Part shown: positions 17,984 to 26,784 of the stretch, one piece after another
Layout of the letters: the number at the start of each line of letters is the position of its first letter
Position numbering within the stretch: position 1 is the stretch's first letter
Made by a program: the position numbers and the translations under genes
Sequence record: MN871447.1
Length of the DNA stretch: 64,000 nucleotides
Direction: 5' to 3' (one strand)
Notes under the pieces: generated by a model
The model's database searches: none
Told to the model about the DNA's origin: nothing
What the model saw: only the letters and a program-made list of their open reading frames with translations

Positions 17984-18550
17984 TTAAAACCAATCTTCAA
18001 TAACCCTTTCCAGGTCGCCTACGCTACTGCTCAACCAGTTCGTTTCATCCGTCCATTCTGTCCAAGGCTGAACCTCGTTTAACAAAGAACAATCTTTACG
18101 CACTTTGATAACGGAAAGATCGAGATTAAAAACAATCTCATGTTGAGTCAGTTGCAAATAGAAGATTCCCGTCTGTGATTCTTGGTCCCAGAAAGTCCCG
18201 GAACTAGAGGGATACCGATAAGCGTTTTCGCTGCCCTCAAAATACGCTCCTGTATCCCAGAAAGTCTTCACCCACGGACCAGATTCGTCGTATCCGTTAT
18301 CCGCCATAAACGCGAAGTCTACGAAGGTAAATTGACGTGAGCTAATATATTGACTTACGACTTTCTTGAGCGTTGCGAGTGTCAGCGGCTCTTCGGCAAA
18401 GGTTGGGGAATTGAAAAGTGATTCGTCTTTCCGGTTCATTTGCTCACGAATCTTGCCGGTGAGATCATAACGCTCGGTATGCTCACACAGTTCACTTAGA
18501 ATCTCATCTACTACTTCACGGGTGAGTACAACCACTTTATCGTTAGACAT
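17984..18550 (-). CDS. Hypothetical protein
   Basis: 188-aa ORF tiling with neighbours. Confidence 0.65.
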   Translation of the reverse strand: MSNDKVVVLTREVVDEILSELCEHTERYDLTGKIREQMNRKDESLFNSPTFAEEPLTLATLKKVVSQYISSRQFTFVDFAFMADNGYDESGPWVKTFWDTGAYFEGSENAYRYPSSSGTFWDQESQTGIFYLQLTQHEIVFNLDLSVIKVRKDCSLLNEVQPWTEWTDETNWLSSSVGDLERVIEDWF

Positions 18551-18552
18551 TT

Positions 18553-18855
18553 TCAGAGCACCTTATTAATCAAGTACAATTTCACTCGGACGATGACTTC
18601 CTGGCAATATTCTTCATCGGAGATCGCTTCTAAAGCAGAACATTCGATAGCCGTAAGAATTCTTCTTGGCTGCCACCCTCCTGTTAACGCGGCATCAATG
18701 AACCCCGTCCAATCAATAGTGAATCCTGCGTTAAATATCTTACCTACTGCAATATCTAAGGGCAGTCCGTGAGTAGCAACTAAGAAGAACAATTTATCTC
18801 CCGAGAACAAATTATTTTTCATTTCGCAATTTCCTTCCAATCGCTTCGATTTCAT
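18553..18855 (-). CDS. Stand-alone alanyl-tRNA synthetase helical-subdomain-like protein
   Basis: FSGDKLFFLVATHGLPLDI...GFTIDWTGF resembles the AlaRS motif GEDAFKLYDTYGFPLDL...G..VD..GF; likely start ATG 18822. Confidence 0.55.
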   Translation of the reverse strand: MKSKRLEGNCEMKNNLFSGDKLFFLVATHGLPLDIAVGKIFNAGFTIDWTGFIDAALTGGWQPRRILTAIECSALEAISDEEYCQEVIVRVKLYLINKVL

Positions 18856-19348
18856 CCAACAAAGGCTTTAGCGTATAAAGGCCCTCAATCGCTTCTAGCG
18901 GGTTATCTGCCCGTAATCGAGACACGGTTTCTCGGTGACGGTCAAACCACTCAGCATCCGTTTCAGGGACGTCTAATATCTCCCACCACCTCGCTTCCGA
19001 TTTCTTTTTCTTCCCGAAACGTTTTCCTTCGTGAAGTTGAACCTCTTGAACAACAAATCGGCCTCTTCCGGTGGTGATCTCTTCAGGTCCCCCAATAGGG
19101 GAATATTCTTCAGTAATGCTCCCTATCCATTTCTCTTTGAAGTTTATTTCCCAGCGGCATTTACTTCCCCAGGCAAAATAAATCCCTGTGGTTTCGATCA
19201 GTAAGACTTTACCGTTTTCAGAAGCGAATGAGGCCGCTGGAGAAATTCCGCGACGGTAAAGTGTTCGATTACCAACAATTAACATTTTACCGTGTTCGCT
19301 AGAGACGAAAGAGGCCAGAATCATTATTTCATTTTCCTCAGGTTCCAT
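18812..19348 (-). CDS. Hypothetical protein
   Basis: 178-aa ORF tiling with neighbours. Confidence 0.6.
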   Translation of the reverse strand: MEPEENEIMILASFVSSEHGKMLIVGNRTLYRRGISPAASFASENGKVLLIETTGIYFAWGSKCRWEINFKEKWIGSITEEYSPIGGPEEITTGRGRFVVQEVQLHEGKRFGKKKKSEARWWEILDVPETDAEWFDRHRETVSRLRADNPLEAIEGLYTLKPLLDEIEAIGRKLRNEK

Positions 19349-19569
19349 TGCACGATAATTTCTTCGTATTTCTCAATGGCCGTTTCTTGGTCATGAAATA
19401 CCAACCAACCCATCTTGCTTGGGTTAGACGTATAGAGCAGCCCAATTGAAGGTTTAGCGCCGCCCCAGTTTGTATTGAGTTTTGAAATAGGCGGAGTAAC
19501 ATGTACCAATTCGCCAAAGTCAATGACATGATCGTTGATAATAACACTTTTAATTTCTTCGTCGGTCAC
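19324..19569 (-). CDS. Hypothetical protein, first gene after an early-type promoter
   Basis: GTG start with AGGAG RBS. Confidence 0.6.
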   Translation of the reverse strand: MTDEEIKSVIINDHVIDFGELVHVTPPISKLNTNWGGAKPSIGLLYTSNPSKMGWLVFHDQETAIEKYEEIIVQWNLRKMK

Positions 19570-19608
19570 GGTAGGAACTCCTTATAAACGATTTTGTTTA
19601 CGTTCTTT

Positions 19609-19631
19609 CACTAGGGTGATATAGGTGTGAA
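19609..19631 (-). promoter_or_regulatory. Putative phage early promoter, copy 4
   Basis: TTCACACCTATATCACCCTAGTG. Confidence 0.75.
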
Positions 19632-19653
19632 ACAGGGTCGAGTTGACCCTGTT
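19631..19653 (-). terminator. Terminator-like hairpin abutting promoter copy 4
   Basis: 9-bp stem AACAGGGTC/GACCCTGTT. Confidence 0.65.
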
Positions 19654-19665
19654 CCCATAGTACGT

Positions 19666-21045
19666 TTAACTTACAGCTTTTAAGACGTTATAACTTACTG
19701 CTTCGACAGGTTTAGTGACGTCGTACGTCCGTAGCGCGTTTTCATAGGCTACCGGGTCATGTTTGTTCAGCATGAAAAGCGCTTGAACAGATGCACCGGG
19801 TAAAGGAGAGAAAGGAAGGTTATTACTAGGTTCCGTATCAGGGAATGCCATTTTGAAGAACTGACGAATTTCTTTATCGCCTAATACTTCTACTTCAGCC
19901 CTGACGTCTATTCTCCCGTCCCGCAGCAGCGCATCGTCAAGTTTCTCAGGGCGGTTAGTCGTCAGGAAAACGATAACATCATTCAACCGCAAGACGCCGT
20001 CTAACGCGTTGAGGAAATCTGACAAGCTACCGTTTAGGTACTCGTCCATTGCTTTATCGTCAGAACTTTGTTCTTCAACGACGAAAGGGGTATTTTTGAG
20101 TTCTTCTGGGTTTTCCGGTTTGTTTCCCTCTTTTAAGTCAATGATAACCTTTTCTTTACTCCGCGCTTTCGTGAACGAATACGTATCAATATCCTCGATA
20201 ATCACAACCCCGCCAGCTGCTCGTTGGAAAAGCGCTTGGTATTGTAATCCACCGGCGGGTTTGAGGATATGAATATCGCGCCCTAACGCGGCCGCTAATG
20301 CCGAAATCAAACTGCTCTTTCCGGTGCCTGGTAAACCGTATAACAACACTGTGAACTTATAAGCCAGTCCTCGTGATTCGTACCAGTCTTTACTCTTATT
20401 AAAATCGAAGATAGGGTCGATTAACTCGCGCTGGACTTTATCCGTAACGACTATGGTTTTAAGGTCTCTTTTCTTCAGTCGGCACAAATAATTCCAACTG
20501 TCGGTAGTATTGACAAATGTCCGTATGTTGTCTTTACCCGTGTCTTTCAGCATAAACTCATCCATCAGGTTTAAGATAGGTTTATGGCTGCGACCGAATT
20601 TACTAATGCTAAGACGGTATTTCGAATTACTCGCAGCGTTAGCATCAATTTCCGTGATAGAGAAAACAAACACAGTGCCCTTATGAAGAAAGAAATGTGA
20701 CCCCACACCAGGCCCCACTGCGGCGGACTCTCCATTCACGTCGCCATCAATAGTTATCGTCCTACTCCAATGGAACCAACTATTCTTAGCAAACCATTTC
20801 AGGAATGCCCCATATTGTTCGGAGTTATAATTACTCCAGTTGGTTCCAGAGGTGTTAAAAACCAAACTAGTAACAAACTGACGTTTGACCCATTGTGCTA
20901 CCGCCTTGGGCGTTTTGATTAACCCCCAACCAATCGCCCCTGACACCGCAATGGAACTCGCGGCGACAATTGCATTCTGTGCCATAGGGTAGTCTTTAAA
21001 GTTAGAAAGAATATGGTCGTAAAATGACATTAGTTGTTCGAGCAT
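19666..21045 (-). CDS. BCS1-like membrane-anchored AAA+ ATPase
   Basis: N-terminal TM (IVAASSIAVSGAIGWGLI) plus BCS1_N-like region; GLPGTGKS, VIIEDID, LSDFLNALDG, TTNRPEKLDDALLRDGRID. Confidence 0.8.
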   Translation of the reverse strand: MLEQLMSFYDHILSNFKDYPMAQNAIVAASSIAVSGAIGWGLIKTPKAVAQWVKRQFVTSLVFNTSGTNWSNYNSEQYGAFLKWFAKNSWFHWSRTITIDGDVNGESAAVGPGVGSHFFLHKGTVFVFSITEIDANAASNSKYRLSISKFGRSHKPILNLMDEFMLKDTGKDNIRTFVNTTDSWNYLCRLKKRDLKTIVVTDKVQRELIDPIFDFNKSKDWYESRGLAYKFTVLLYGLPGTGKSSLISALAAALGRDIHILKPAGGLQYQALFQRAAGGVVIIEDIDTYSFTKARSKEKVIIDLKEGNKPENPEELKNTPFVVEEQSSDDKAMDEYLNGSLSDFLNALDGVLRLNDVIVFLTTNRPEKLDDALLRDGRIDVRAEVEVLGDKEIRQFFKMAFPDTEPSNNLPFSPLPGASVQALFMLNKHDPVAYENALRTYDVTKPVEAVSYNVLKAVS

Positions 21046-21110
21046 TATTATTCCCCGTTATGGTAATTATAGTCGCACCATATTCTTACTCTCTGCCGTA
21101 AAAAGCAAAA

Positions 21111-21138
21111 AAAAGAGGAGGGAAACCCCTCCTCTTTT
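21111..21138 (-). terminator. Intrinsic terminator
   Basis: 12-bp stem AAAAGAGGAGGG/CCCTCCTCTTTT followed by T run. Confidence 0.85.
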
Positions 21139-21141
21139 AGC

Positions 21142-21306
21142 TTAGTCTAAATCGTTGAGTTCCTGACGTACGATCTTTTTACTGATACGACGTTCAGCGC
21201 GGTGAGTCAAGAGTTTAGAGTATGGACCGGGGATTGTTGGATTACCTGGCCGGGCGCTCCAGAATTCTTGACTTTGAGCCTTAGAACCGCGTTTGGTTCT
21301 TGCCAT
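21142..21306 (-). CDS. 54-aa basic small protein (not in ORF track)
   Basis: Hand translation MARTKRGSKAQSQEFWSARPGNPTIPGPYSKLLTHRAERRISKKIVRQELNDLD*; GAGGA RBS; followed directly by terminator. Confidence 0.7.
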   Translation of the reverse strand: MARTKRGSKAQSQEFWSARPGNPTIPGPYSKLLTHRAERRISKKIVRQELNDLD

Positions 21307-21364
21307 GATTTGAGTCCTCGAGTTAAATTAGGTAATCGAGGACGGACTTGAAAATAATGCATTT

Positions 21365-21748
21365 TTATCCCGCAGTAAAAATAAACCAGTCTTTATCAAA
21401 ATCAAATGATTTATTTTTAAGAATTAAAAAGAGTTTTAATCCTTCGTAATCGTTCCATCGGTCGTCGTTTTGCTCGTTGTTACGCGCAGTAATCTCAGAG
21501 ATGATTAATGGGATATCATCCTTAGTAATAACCCACGGTCCCAAGTCATCGTTAGAGCAGAGGTTCGCGGCAGCCAAAATTTCGGCTAATGTATGTTGAT
21601 TCTTCCAAGATGCTATTCTCTTTGGTGAGACAGCATCATTGTTAAAAACTTCATCGTATTCAAATGTTTTCCCTACACCACCTTCACCTGTAACCGGTTC
21701 CAATACCGTGTCTTTATCGACCGAATAAAACGTGAGAAAAAATCCCAT
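21365..21748 (-). CDS. Hypothetical phage protein
   Basis: 127 aa; GAGGGG RBS. Confidence 0.65.
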   Translation of the reverse strand: MGFFLTFYSVDKDTVLEPVTGEGGVGKTFEYDEVFNNDAVSPKRIASWKNQHTLAEILAAANLCSNDDLGPWVITKDDIPLIISEITARNNEQNDDRWNDYEGLKLFLILKNKSFDFDKDWFIFTAG

Positions 21749-22114
21749 CTATTCCCCTCCCCAAAAATAAGTTAAGATTGAATCGAAGTCAGCGATGCAC
21801 CAGAAGGTATCTAACTCAATCCAAGAATCAATAATGTCGGAAGAACCCTCTACTATCCAAGTATCCAACAGTTCCCTGATCTCATCACCCGTTAAAACAA
21901 AATGAATTCCGGGTCGAGGGAAATTATACTTGGCCTGTACCAGTTTATGGAAAGACTCCGCGCTTTTTCCGCTGATTCCACGCACCGTTAACACCGGACC
22001 AAGGTTATGTCCGTAGGTTAAGTATTGCCGTGTTTTCCCTGCTTCTGTTTCGTAGTTGTCTATCTTTTCGGGTATCACACAGTCACGCTGAAATTCCCTC
22101 AGTTCAACAAACAT
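21749..22114 (-). CDS. Hypothetical phage protein
   Basis: 121-aa ORF tiling with neighbours. Confidence 0.65.
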   Translation of the reverse strand: MFVELREFQRDCVIPEKIDNYETEAGKTRQYLTYGHNLGPVLTVRGISGKSAESFHKLVQAKYNFPRPGIHFVLTGDEIRELLDTWIVEGSSDIIDSWIELDTFWCIADFDSILTYFWGGE

Positions 22115-22117
22115 AGT

Positions 22118-22591
22118 TTAACCCTCGAACCGATAAACAATGATTTCAAGATTGGTATCCTTAAAAGCCCGCTCAATATTTTGGCGGACCATTTCCCAAT
22201 CACCACCGGCCAACCCGCAACCGATTAAAGGAAAACCAACTCTTAATGGTTTCTCTTCCTTTTTGAGAATTGAGGACATTATCTTCATTGCCAGATACTG
22301 TGCGCTATAATGCGTTTTATATCCCGGATCTGAATGGTCGTGGTGAAATTGGCCACAAAGATTGAAACCCCACTGCTCATCCTTTTTGGCGGCCGTTAAT
22401 TTCCCCAATCTGTTTTTGACAGGGCGTTTGTCAGCAAAGTAAGGCTCAGCTATCCAGGGAAAAGCTTCGAAGATCTTAACGGCGATACCGCTCTTTGCAA
22501 TCCCAAAACAATTTACTTGGTGGGCAATGACGTCGACTTCCTTATTAAAGAAAGCCTCAATCAAATCCCCTTTAATTTCGGTATAGGTCAT
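22118..22591 (-). CDS. Macrodomain protein (TARG1/DarG-like ADP-ribose processing)
   Basis: YTEIKGDLI, IAHQVNCFGIAKSGIA, NLCGQF and FPLIGCGLAGGDW are macrodomain motifs. Confidence 0.85.
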   Translation of the reverse strand: MTYTEIKGDLIEAFFNKEVDVIAHQVNCFGIAKSGIAVKIFEAFPWIAEPYFADKRPVKNRLGKLTAAKKDEQWGFNLCGQFHHDHSDPGYKTHYSAQYLAMKIMSSILKKEEKPLRVGFPLIGCGLAGGDWEMVRQNIERAFKDTNLEIIVYRFEG

Positions 22592-22609
22592 TGCCCAAAC
22601 TCTCCGTAT

Positions 22610-23224
22610 TTAATTGATGATAAACTTACAATCTTCGAGACGGTATTCTCGCCCGCCAAAACAAAGTTTCTTAACGTAGTCAGGACGAGGAAGATTAACG
22701 TTGTCCATGTGGGCATTATGGGAAACTAATGACTTGTTAACTATTTTCCCTTTGTTGTATTCGACGAGTTTACCTGGGTGTTCTTGGGAAAAGCCAAACC
22801 CTGAGAATTTCAACTTTACATGAGAATGAAAAGAGAGATTTCGCCAGCCTGGGAATTTCAACCCTTTAACGTGCGCAGCGATAAAACGAATCAGAGCGGT
22901 ATAAATTTTACCCAGTTCGCTCACTGTCAGTCGTTCTTCTTCATCGCCAAAACGGAAAATAATCTTGACGTCATGACCGTCCAGATTACGATGCCAGTCG
23001 ATGATAAAACGAGAATAATAACCGTACAGTCCATTCTCGGCGACAGTGCGGTTGCGATAAGTTTGCGCCGTCTCAGAGTCGTAACGATAGGCACCTGGCT
23101 CCAGAGGCTGCCCGCGTCTGAAACCAATGAACTGTGCGAGCTGTACCGCTTGGACTAAAGTCAGGTGCACGGCGGTACCGAACTTGTTAGTGATAATAAA
23201 AATGGGACTTGAAGACGTATGCAT
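22610..23224 (-). CDS. Hypothetical protein
   Basis: 204-aa ORF tiling with neighbours. Confidence 0.6.
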   Translation of the reverse strand: MHTSSSPIFIITNKFGTAVHLTLVQAVQLAQFIGFRRGQPLEPGAYRYDSETAQTYRNRTVAENGLYGYYSRFIIDWHRNLDGHDVKIIFRFGDEEERLTVSELGKIYTALIRFIAAHVKGLKFPGWRNLSFHSHVKLKFSGFGFSQEHPGKLVEYNKGKIVNKSLVSHNAHMDNVNLPRPDYVKKLCFGGREYRLEDCKFIIN

Positions 23225-23829
23225 TAATTTGACTCCTGTAGTAGTTTGGCTATTTCAGTAACGAATTCGGAATGATCCTCTAATTTATCGCTACCGATCT
23301 CTGAACGTCTTATTTGATCATCGACATATTTAGAGATTAAGGCGTTGATTTTACCAGCTGGGCTGGAGAGAAATTCTTTTGATTCGGCGTAGTCATTATT
23401 CCAATGACGAATATAATACTCTGGAGAAAATCTTTCCGGCGTGTTGAAGTTTTGTAATTCTCCCTTTGCGAGTAACTTGAGGCTCTCTGAAAACAAAACA
23501 TCAATACTGCGACCTGGGTAGTCATCCCTATAGCTAAATTGGACGGAAATCGAAAATGTATTAATAACAGGGTGATCGCCACATCGTTCGATGACTTCCT
23601 TTTTCCAATTGGCTAAAGGCCCATTTTGTAAAGCGAATGTTAATACCTCCTCGGAAATAATCTCGTCACCATAGTGCTCTCGGTTGAAATTTTCGATTTT
23701 ATCTGTTAATGACTTGAATAAAAATGTTTGATTTGAACGAATAAAAACCGGGTAATAATCATTAGTGATTAAGTCCCTTTCTTCCTGATTTAACGGCTCT
23801 TTAAGAAAACCGAGTTTTGTTCTTGACAT
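23224..23829 (-). CDS. Hypothetical protein
   Basis: 201-aa ORF tiling with neighbours. Confidence 0.65.
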   Translation of the reverse strand: MSRTKLGFLKEPLNQEERDLITNDYYPVFIRSNQTFLFKSLTDKIENFNREHYGDEIISEEVLTFALQNGPLANWKKEVIERCGDHPVINTFSISVQFSYRDDYPGRSIDVLFSESLKLLAKGELQNFNTPERFSPEYYIRHWNNDYAESKEFLSSPAGKINALISKYVDDQIRRSEIGSDKLEDHSEFVTEIAKLLQESN

Positions 23830-23839
23830 AACCTATCCC

Positions 23840-24244
23840 CTAATTGAAATTAAACACTAAACGCTCAACGCCTTTTGATTTAAGAATATTTAATTTCTCA
23901 AACCACTCTTCTCCAAGATGTTCTCGCCAAGTCGCTGTTGTCCCTTGTCCCTCAGGTAGAGTATCGTGACCGTCTCGGCGATCCTCCACTAACTGATCGT
24001 AATCAAACTCGAACAGATATTTTGTTTCCAGCGTGTAATTATAGTCGCAGTCGTAATTAATTGGCTCCCCTGCCTTTTCCCACTTGTAAGGTAACGGAGG
24101 GACTCCGGCGTGGTTCCGGACATCAGCAAACCAACCGTAAATGAAATAAGATTGGAAATCAAACCAATCTACACCGCCAGAGATTCTTTCCCACTTCCCA
24201 TTTTTATTTTTCTTTTCAAACCGCCCGTAAATGTAAGCGCCCAT
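23840..24244 (-). CDS. Conserved hypothetical phage protein
   Basis: MGAYIY..FEKK..KW...QSYFIYGWFADVRN resembles the common phage MGCDIH...RNY..F..LA.VRN family. Confidence 0.65.
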   Translation of the reverse strand: MGAYIYGRFEKKNKNGKWERISGGVDWFDFQSYFIYGWFADVRNHAGVPPLPYKWEKAGEPINYDCDYNYTLETKYLFEFDYDQLVEDRRDGHDTLPEGQGTTATWREHLGEEWFEKLNILKSKGVERLVFNFN

Positions 24245-24245
24245 T

Positions 24246-24614
24246 CTATTTTTCCTCTACCTTGTAGTAAAGAGTAAGACCGTATTCGAAAGGATGTATC
24301 AAAGAGAGACTGTGCCAGCAATTATCGTTTACAGGGAGCCCTTCTTCTGAGGCAGTGACTCCTTGTAGACGTTTGAGAAGACTGAAGAGAGTGTCGTTGT
24401 CGGTCTCATTCATCCACTCTTTAAGTTGAGACATCAGATTGGCGACACCGATAGATAGCCTATAGTTAATAGTTGTAACTTCCAGATCTTCTGGTGTTAC
24501 TGTAACCGCCGCGACTTTTCTGTCCAGTAAGTCCATTCGAGTGTAAATAACTGCTAAATAAATTTTCATTAGTATCCCCTTATTAAACACAAGGTGAGAG
24601 GAAAGACCCCTCAC
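24246..24614 (-). CDS. Hypothetical protein
   Basis: Likely starts at MKIYLAV (GGGG RBS); extended 5' part overlaps a hairpin at 24591-24617. Confidence 0.55.
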   Translation of the reverse strand: MRGLSSHLVFNKGILMKIYLAVIYTRMDLLDRKVAAVTVTPEDLEVTTINYRLSIGVANLMSQLKEWMNETDNDTLFSLLKRLQGVTASEEGLPVNDNCWHSLSLIHPFEYGLTLYYKVEEK

Positions 24615-24623
24615 CTTTTTACC

Positions 24624-24938
24624 TTATTTTTGCCTGATACGGAGTTCGAGTTTAATCGATAAATCGTCACCGCCAGTTTCATCAAATGAGAGACTCCGCC
24701 AGATTCCTATTTCTCCGCCGTACGCGTAGAAATAAATCTCCCTTTCGAAAATAACGAAGAGCTTCTCAATAATCGCTGTTTCTTCATTCGTAAAAGCAAA
24801 TGACGGAGAAAGCGATTCCGAACGATGTTTAGGTAGTCCCTGTAACAATTCTACGGAATCATTAAACTCCGTCGAAGTAACACCGGAGTGACGAGCGTGA
24901 CCAACTACCAGACACGTTTCTAAAACGCACGTTGTCAT
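24624..24938 (-). CDS. Hypothetical protein
   Basis: 104-aa ORF coupled to thymidylate synthase stop. Confidence 0.6.
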   Translation of the reverse strand: MTTCVLETCLVVGHARHSGVTSTEFNDSVELLQGLPKHRSESLSPSFAFTNEETAIIEKLFVIFEREIYFYAYGGEIGIWRSLSFDETGGDDLSIKLELRIRQK

Positions 24939-26314
24939 ACCGACACCTGTAATTTAATGGCTGGGTGATGCTTGTACTCAGTGAAGACGAAATCTTCATA
25001 GGTGAGTTCAAACAACCCTTTCTTCGGCATCTCTGAGTTATAGTAGTGCTCAGAGCGAACGTAACACTCAACCGGTTTGTAAGGCTCGCGAGTTAACTGT
25101 AACTTAGCTTCCTCTAACTGATTATTGTAGATATGGACGTTAGTCAGATTACCAACCAGCTTATTGGGCGCCATACCGAGCTCATGAGCAAATGACAGCA
25201 ACATGAAGGCGTAGAAAGCCTGGTTAAAGGGCTCACCGGTCATTGTGTCACAGCTCCGCATACTGTATTTCAAACTCAGCCACTGCGTCGGTACGTGGTT
25301 CTCCGTCAACCATTCCGCTTTACGCTCAGGGGACATTTTCGGCTGGTCACAATGTTCTTCGCTGTAGCAGTCCGACATATGGTCTTCCCAAAGATCCTGG
25401 AAGTACGGGTTAGCATTGTTCCTGCACCATTTTAACCGCTCGCTCAATGTCATCTCTTCTACGTAGAACTCTACCAGGAAATGACACGGGGTAAGGCATG
25501 GTTTACCCTCCACAATATTTTCCTGCGGCGTAACCTTAACGGTCTTAGTGCGTGGTACACCATGACTTGCTAAGAACTCTTCGCAGTTATCGGTCTTGCC
25601 ATGATATTCCAGGCGCGGCCAGAAAATAGCATAAAGGTCCGGACTGTGAGTTTTTAAATGTTCCCACATCTCGTCACTACTGAGAGTAACTTCTTTCGTT
25701 TCTTCCGGCATCCAAAGCGGGTTCCACGCCGAGATCAGGATACGACGCGATTCCGGATTGTTCCGTAGGAGATCGAGCGCATACGCGATTTGGTCAACGC
25801 CCTTCTTCTCTAATGGATTCTCGGAGAAGTTTCGCCATGCTGACCCGTAAGGGGCATTAAGGTCACCCGCTTTGTTCACGGTGACCTGGCGAGTACGCGG
25901 TACACCTTTTTCATCTAGCCAACGATGGCCGTCTTCAACAGGCTGAATGGAGATCCCTTTGCTGTAAAACTCGATGTGAGCTTCTTTGTTGTTCTCTTCA
26001 AGCCACTTCAGGCGCTCGTAGTTTTCCAGAGGAACTTCTTTCACCACGTCAGCTTCTAAACGCCACGGGTCCCAGAACTTGACATTATTCTCCACCATGG
26101 TATCGAGGTGGAGTTCCCCGTTTAACATTGCCTTGTACTCAAACCACGCAGATTTACGCGGAACGAACTTCGTGGTGAGCAGAGGGAATTCCCCGGTCGA
26201 AAGGTCGTACTTCAGTTTCGCATCAAAAATAGAAATCGTCCCCGTTCCCGTCCTGTCTCCTCGCTGACGACCGGTTTCGATAATTTCACGTAGTAGATCG
26301 AGATACTGTTTCAC
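24935..26314 (-). CDS. thyA: Thymidylate synthase with three large insertions
   Basis: DRTGTGT, FPLLTTK, PYGSAWR, SRRILISAWNP, catalytic PCH, RSCD...PFN (Asn, dUMP-type) and HIY motifs; 459 aa versus ~264 for a minimal ThyA. Confidence 0.92.
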   Translation of the reverse strand: MKQYLDLLREIIETGRQRGDRTGTGTISIFDAKLKYDLSTGEFPLLTTKFVPRKSAWFEYKAMLNGELHLDTMVENNVKFWDPWRLEADVVKEVPLENYERLKWLEENNKEAHIEFYSKGISIQPVEDGHRWLDEKGVPRTRQVTVNKAGDLNAPYGSAWRNFSENPLEKKGVDQIAYALDLLRNNPESRRILISAWNPLWMPEETKEVTLSSDEMWEHLKTHSPDLYAIFWPRLEYHGKTDNCEEFLASHGVPRTKTVKVTPQENIVEGKPCLTPCHFLVEFYVEEMTLSERLKWCRNNANPYFQDLWEDHMSDCYSEEHCDQPKMSPERKAEWLTENHVPTQWLSLKYSMRSCDTMTGEPFNQAFYAFMLLSFAHELGMAPNKLVGNLTNVHIYNNQLEEAKLQLTREPYKPVECYVRSEHYYNSEMPKKGLFELTYEDFVFTEYKHHPAIKLQVSV

Positions 26315-26733
26315 TATTCTTTTTCCTCTTTAGCGATTTTATAGTGTTTAGGGGCTTTATTCACACTTACGAATTCCCCGGTAAACCAACCTTCCGATTG
26401 CTCAATGATACGGTAATAGAACATCCGGTTATACCTCGTTCCGCTCCGGGAAGTAATCAGCCGGGTTAATTCGGCCGGAAGCGAAAACGCACCAGAGAGC
26501 ACTTTATACAGGTAATCTTTCCCTACCCGAAAACGAAACTCTAACGTGATAGGGTCGTATTCGAATTCGAGCGACGAATAAGGTTCAGGCTGTAAGTCCC
26601 TGAACCCTGCGGAGAGGTAACAACTCCCGCCTGGTGCAATACGGAGATAGACCGGTTTTAGGTTAGGAAGTTTATTGGTCTTCGGAACAAACTTTTCAAA
26701 GGCCATTTTGTTCTCTCTTATTAATTTAATCAA
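26314..26733 (-). CDS. Hypothetical protein, paralog family A
   Basis: CYLSAGF...LEFEYDP..LEFRFRVG...GAFSLP...EGWFTGEF. Confidence 0.65.
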   Translation of the reverse strand: MIKLIRENKMAFEKFVPKTNKLPNLKPVYLRIAPGGSCYLSAGFRDLQPEPYSSLEFEYDPITLEFRFRVGKDYLYKVLSGAFSLPAELTRLITSRSGTRYNRMFYYRIIEQSEGWFTGEFVSVNKAPKHYKIAKEEKE

Positions 26734-26753
26734 ATAAAATCAAGACGGAATAA

Positions 26754-26782
26754 AAAGAGAGAGGGGAGTACCCTCTCTCTTT
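26754..26782 (-). terminator. Intrinsic terminator
   Basis: 12-bp stem AAAGAGAGAGGG/CCCTCTCTCTTT. Confidence 0.8.
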
Positions 26783-26784
26783 AT

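Noticed and set aside
21063-21072. CTATAATTAC upstream of the BCS1-like gene as a ninth early promoter
   Set aside because: Extra base in the core and no upstream TTMA element
24935-26314. Thymidylate synthase inserts as inteins or introns, or the enzyme as a dCMP hydroxymethylase
   Set aside because: No intein C/S...HN-C ends or endonuclease motifs, the frame is uninterrupted, and the specificity residue is Asn (PFN), as in dUMP-using ThyA
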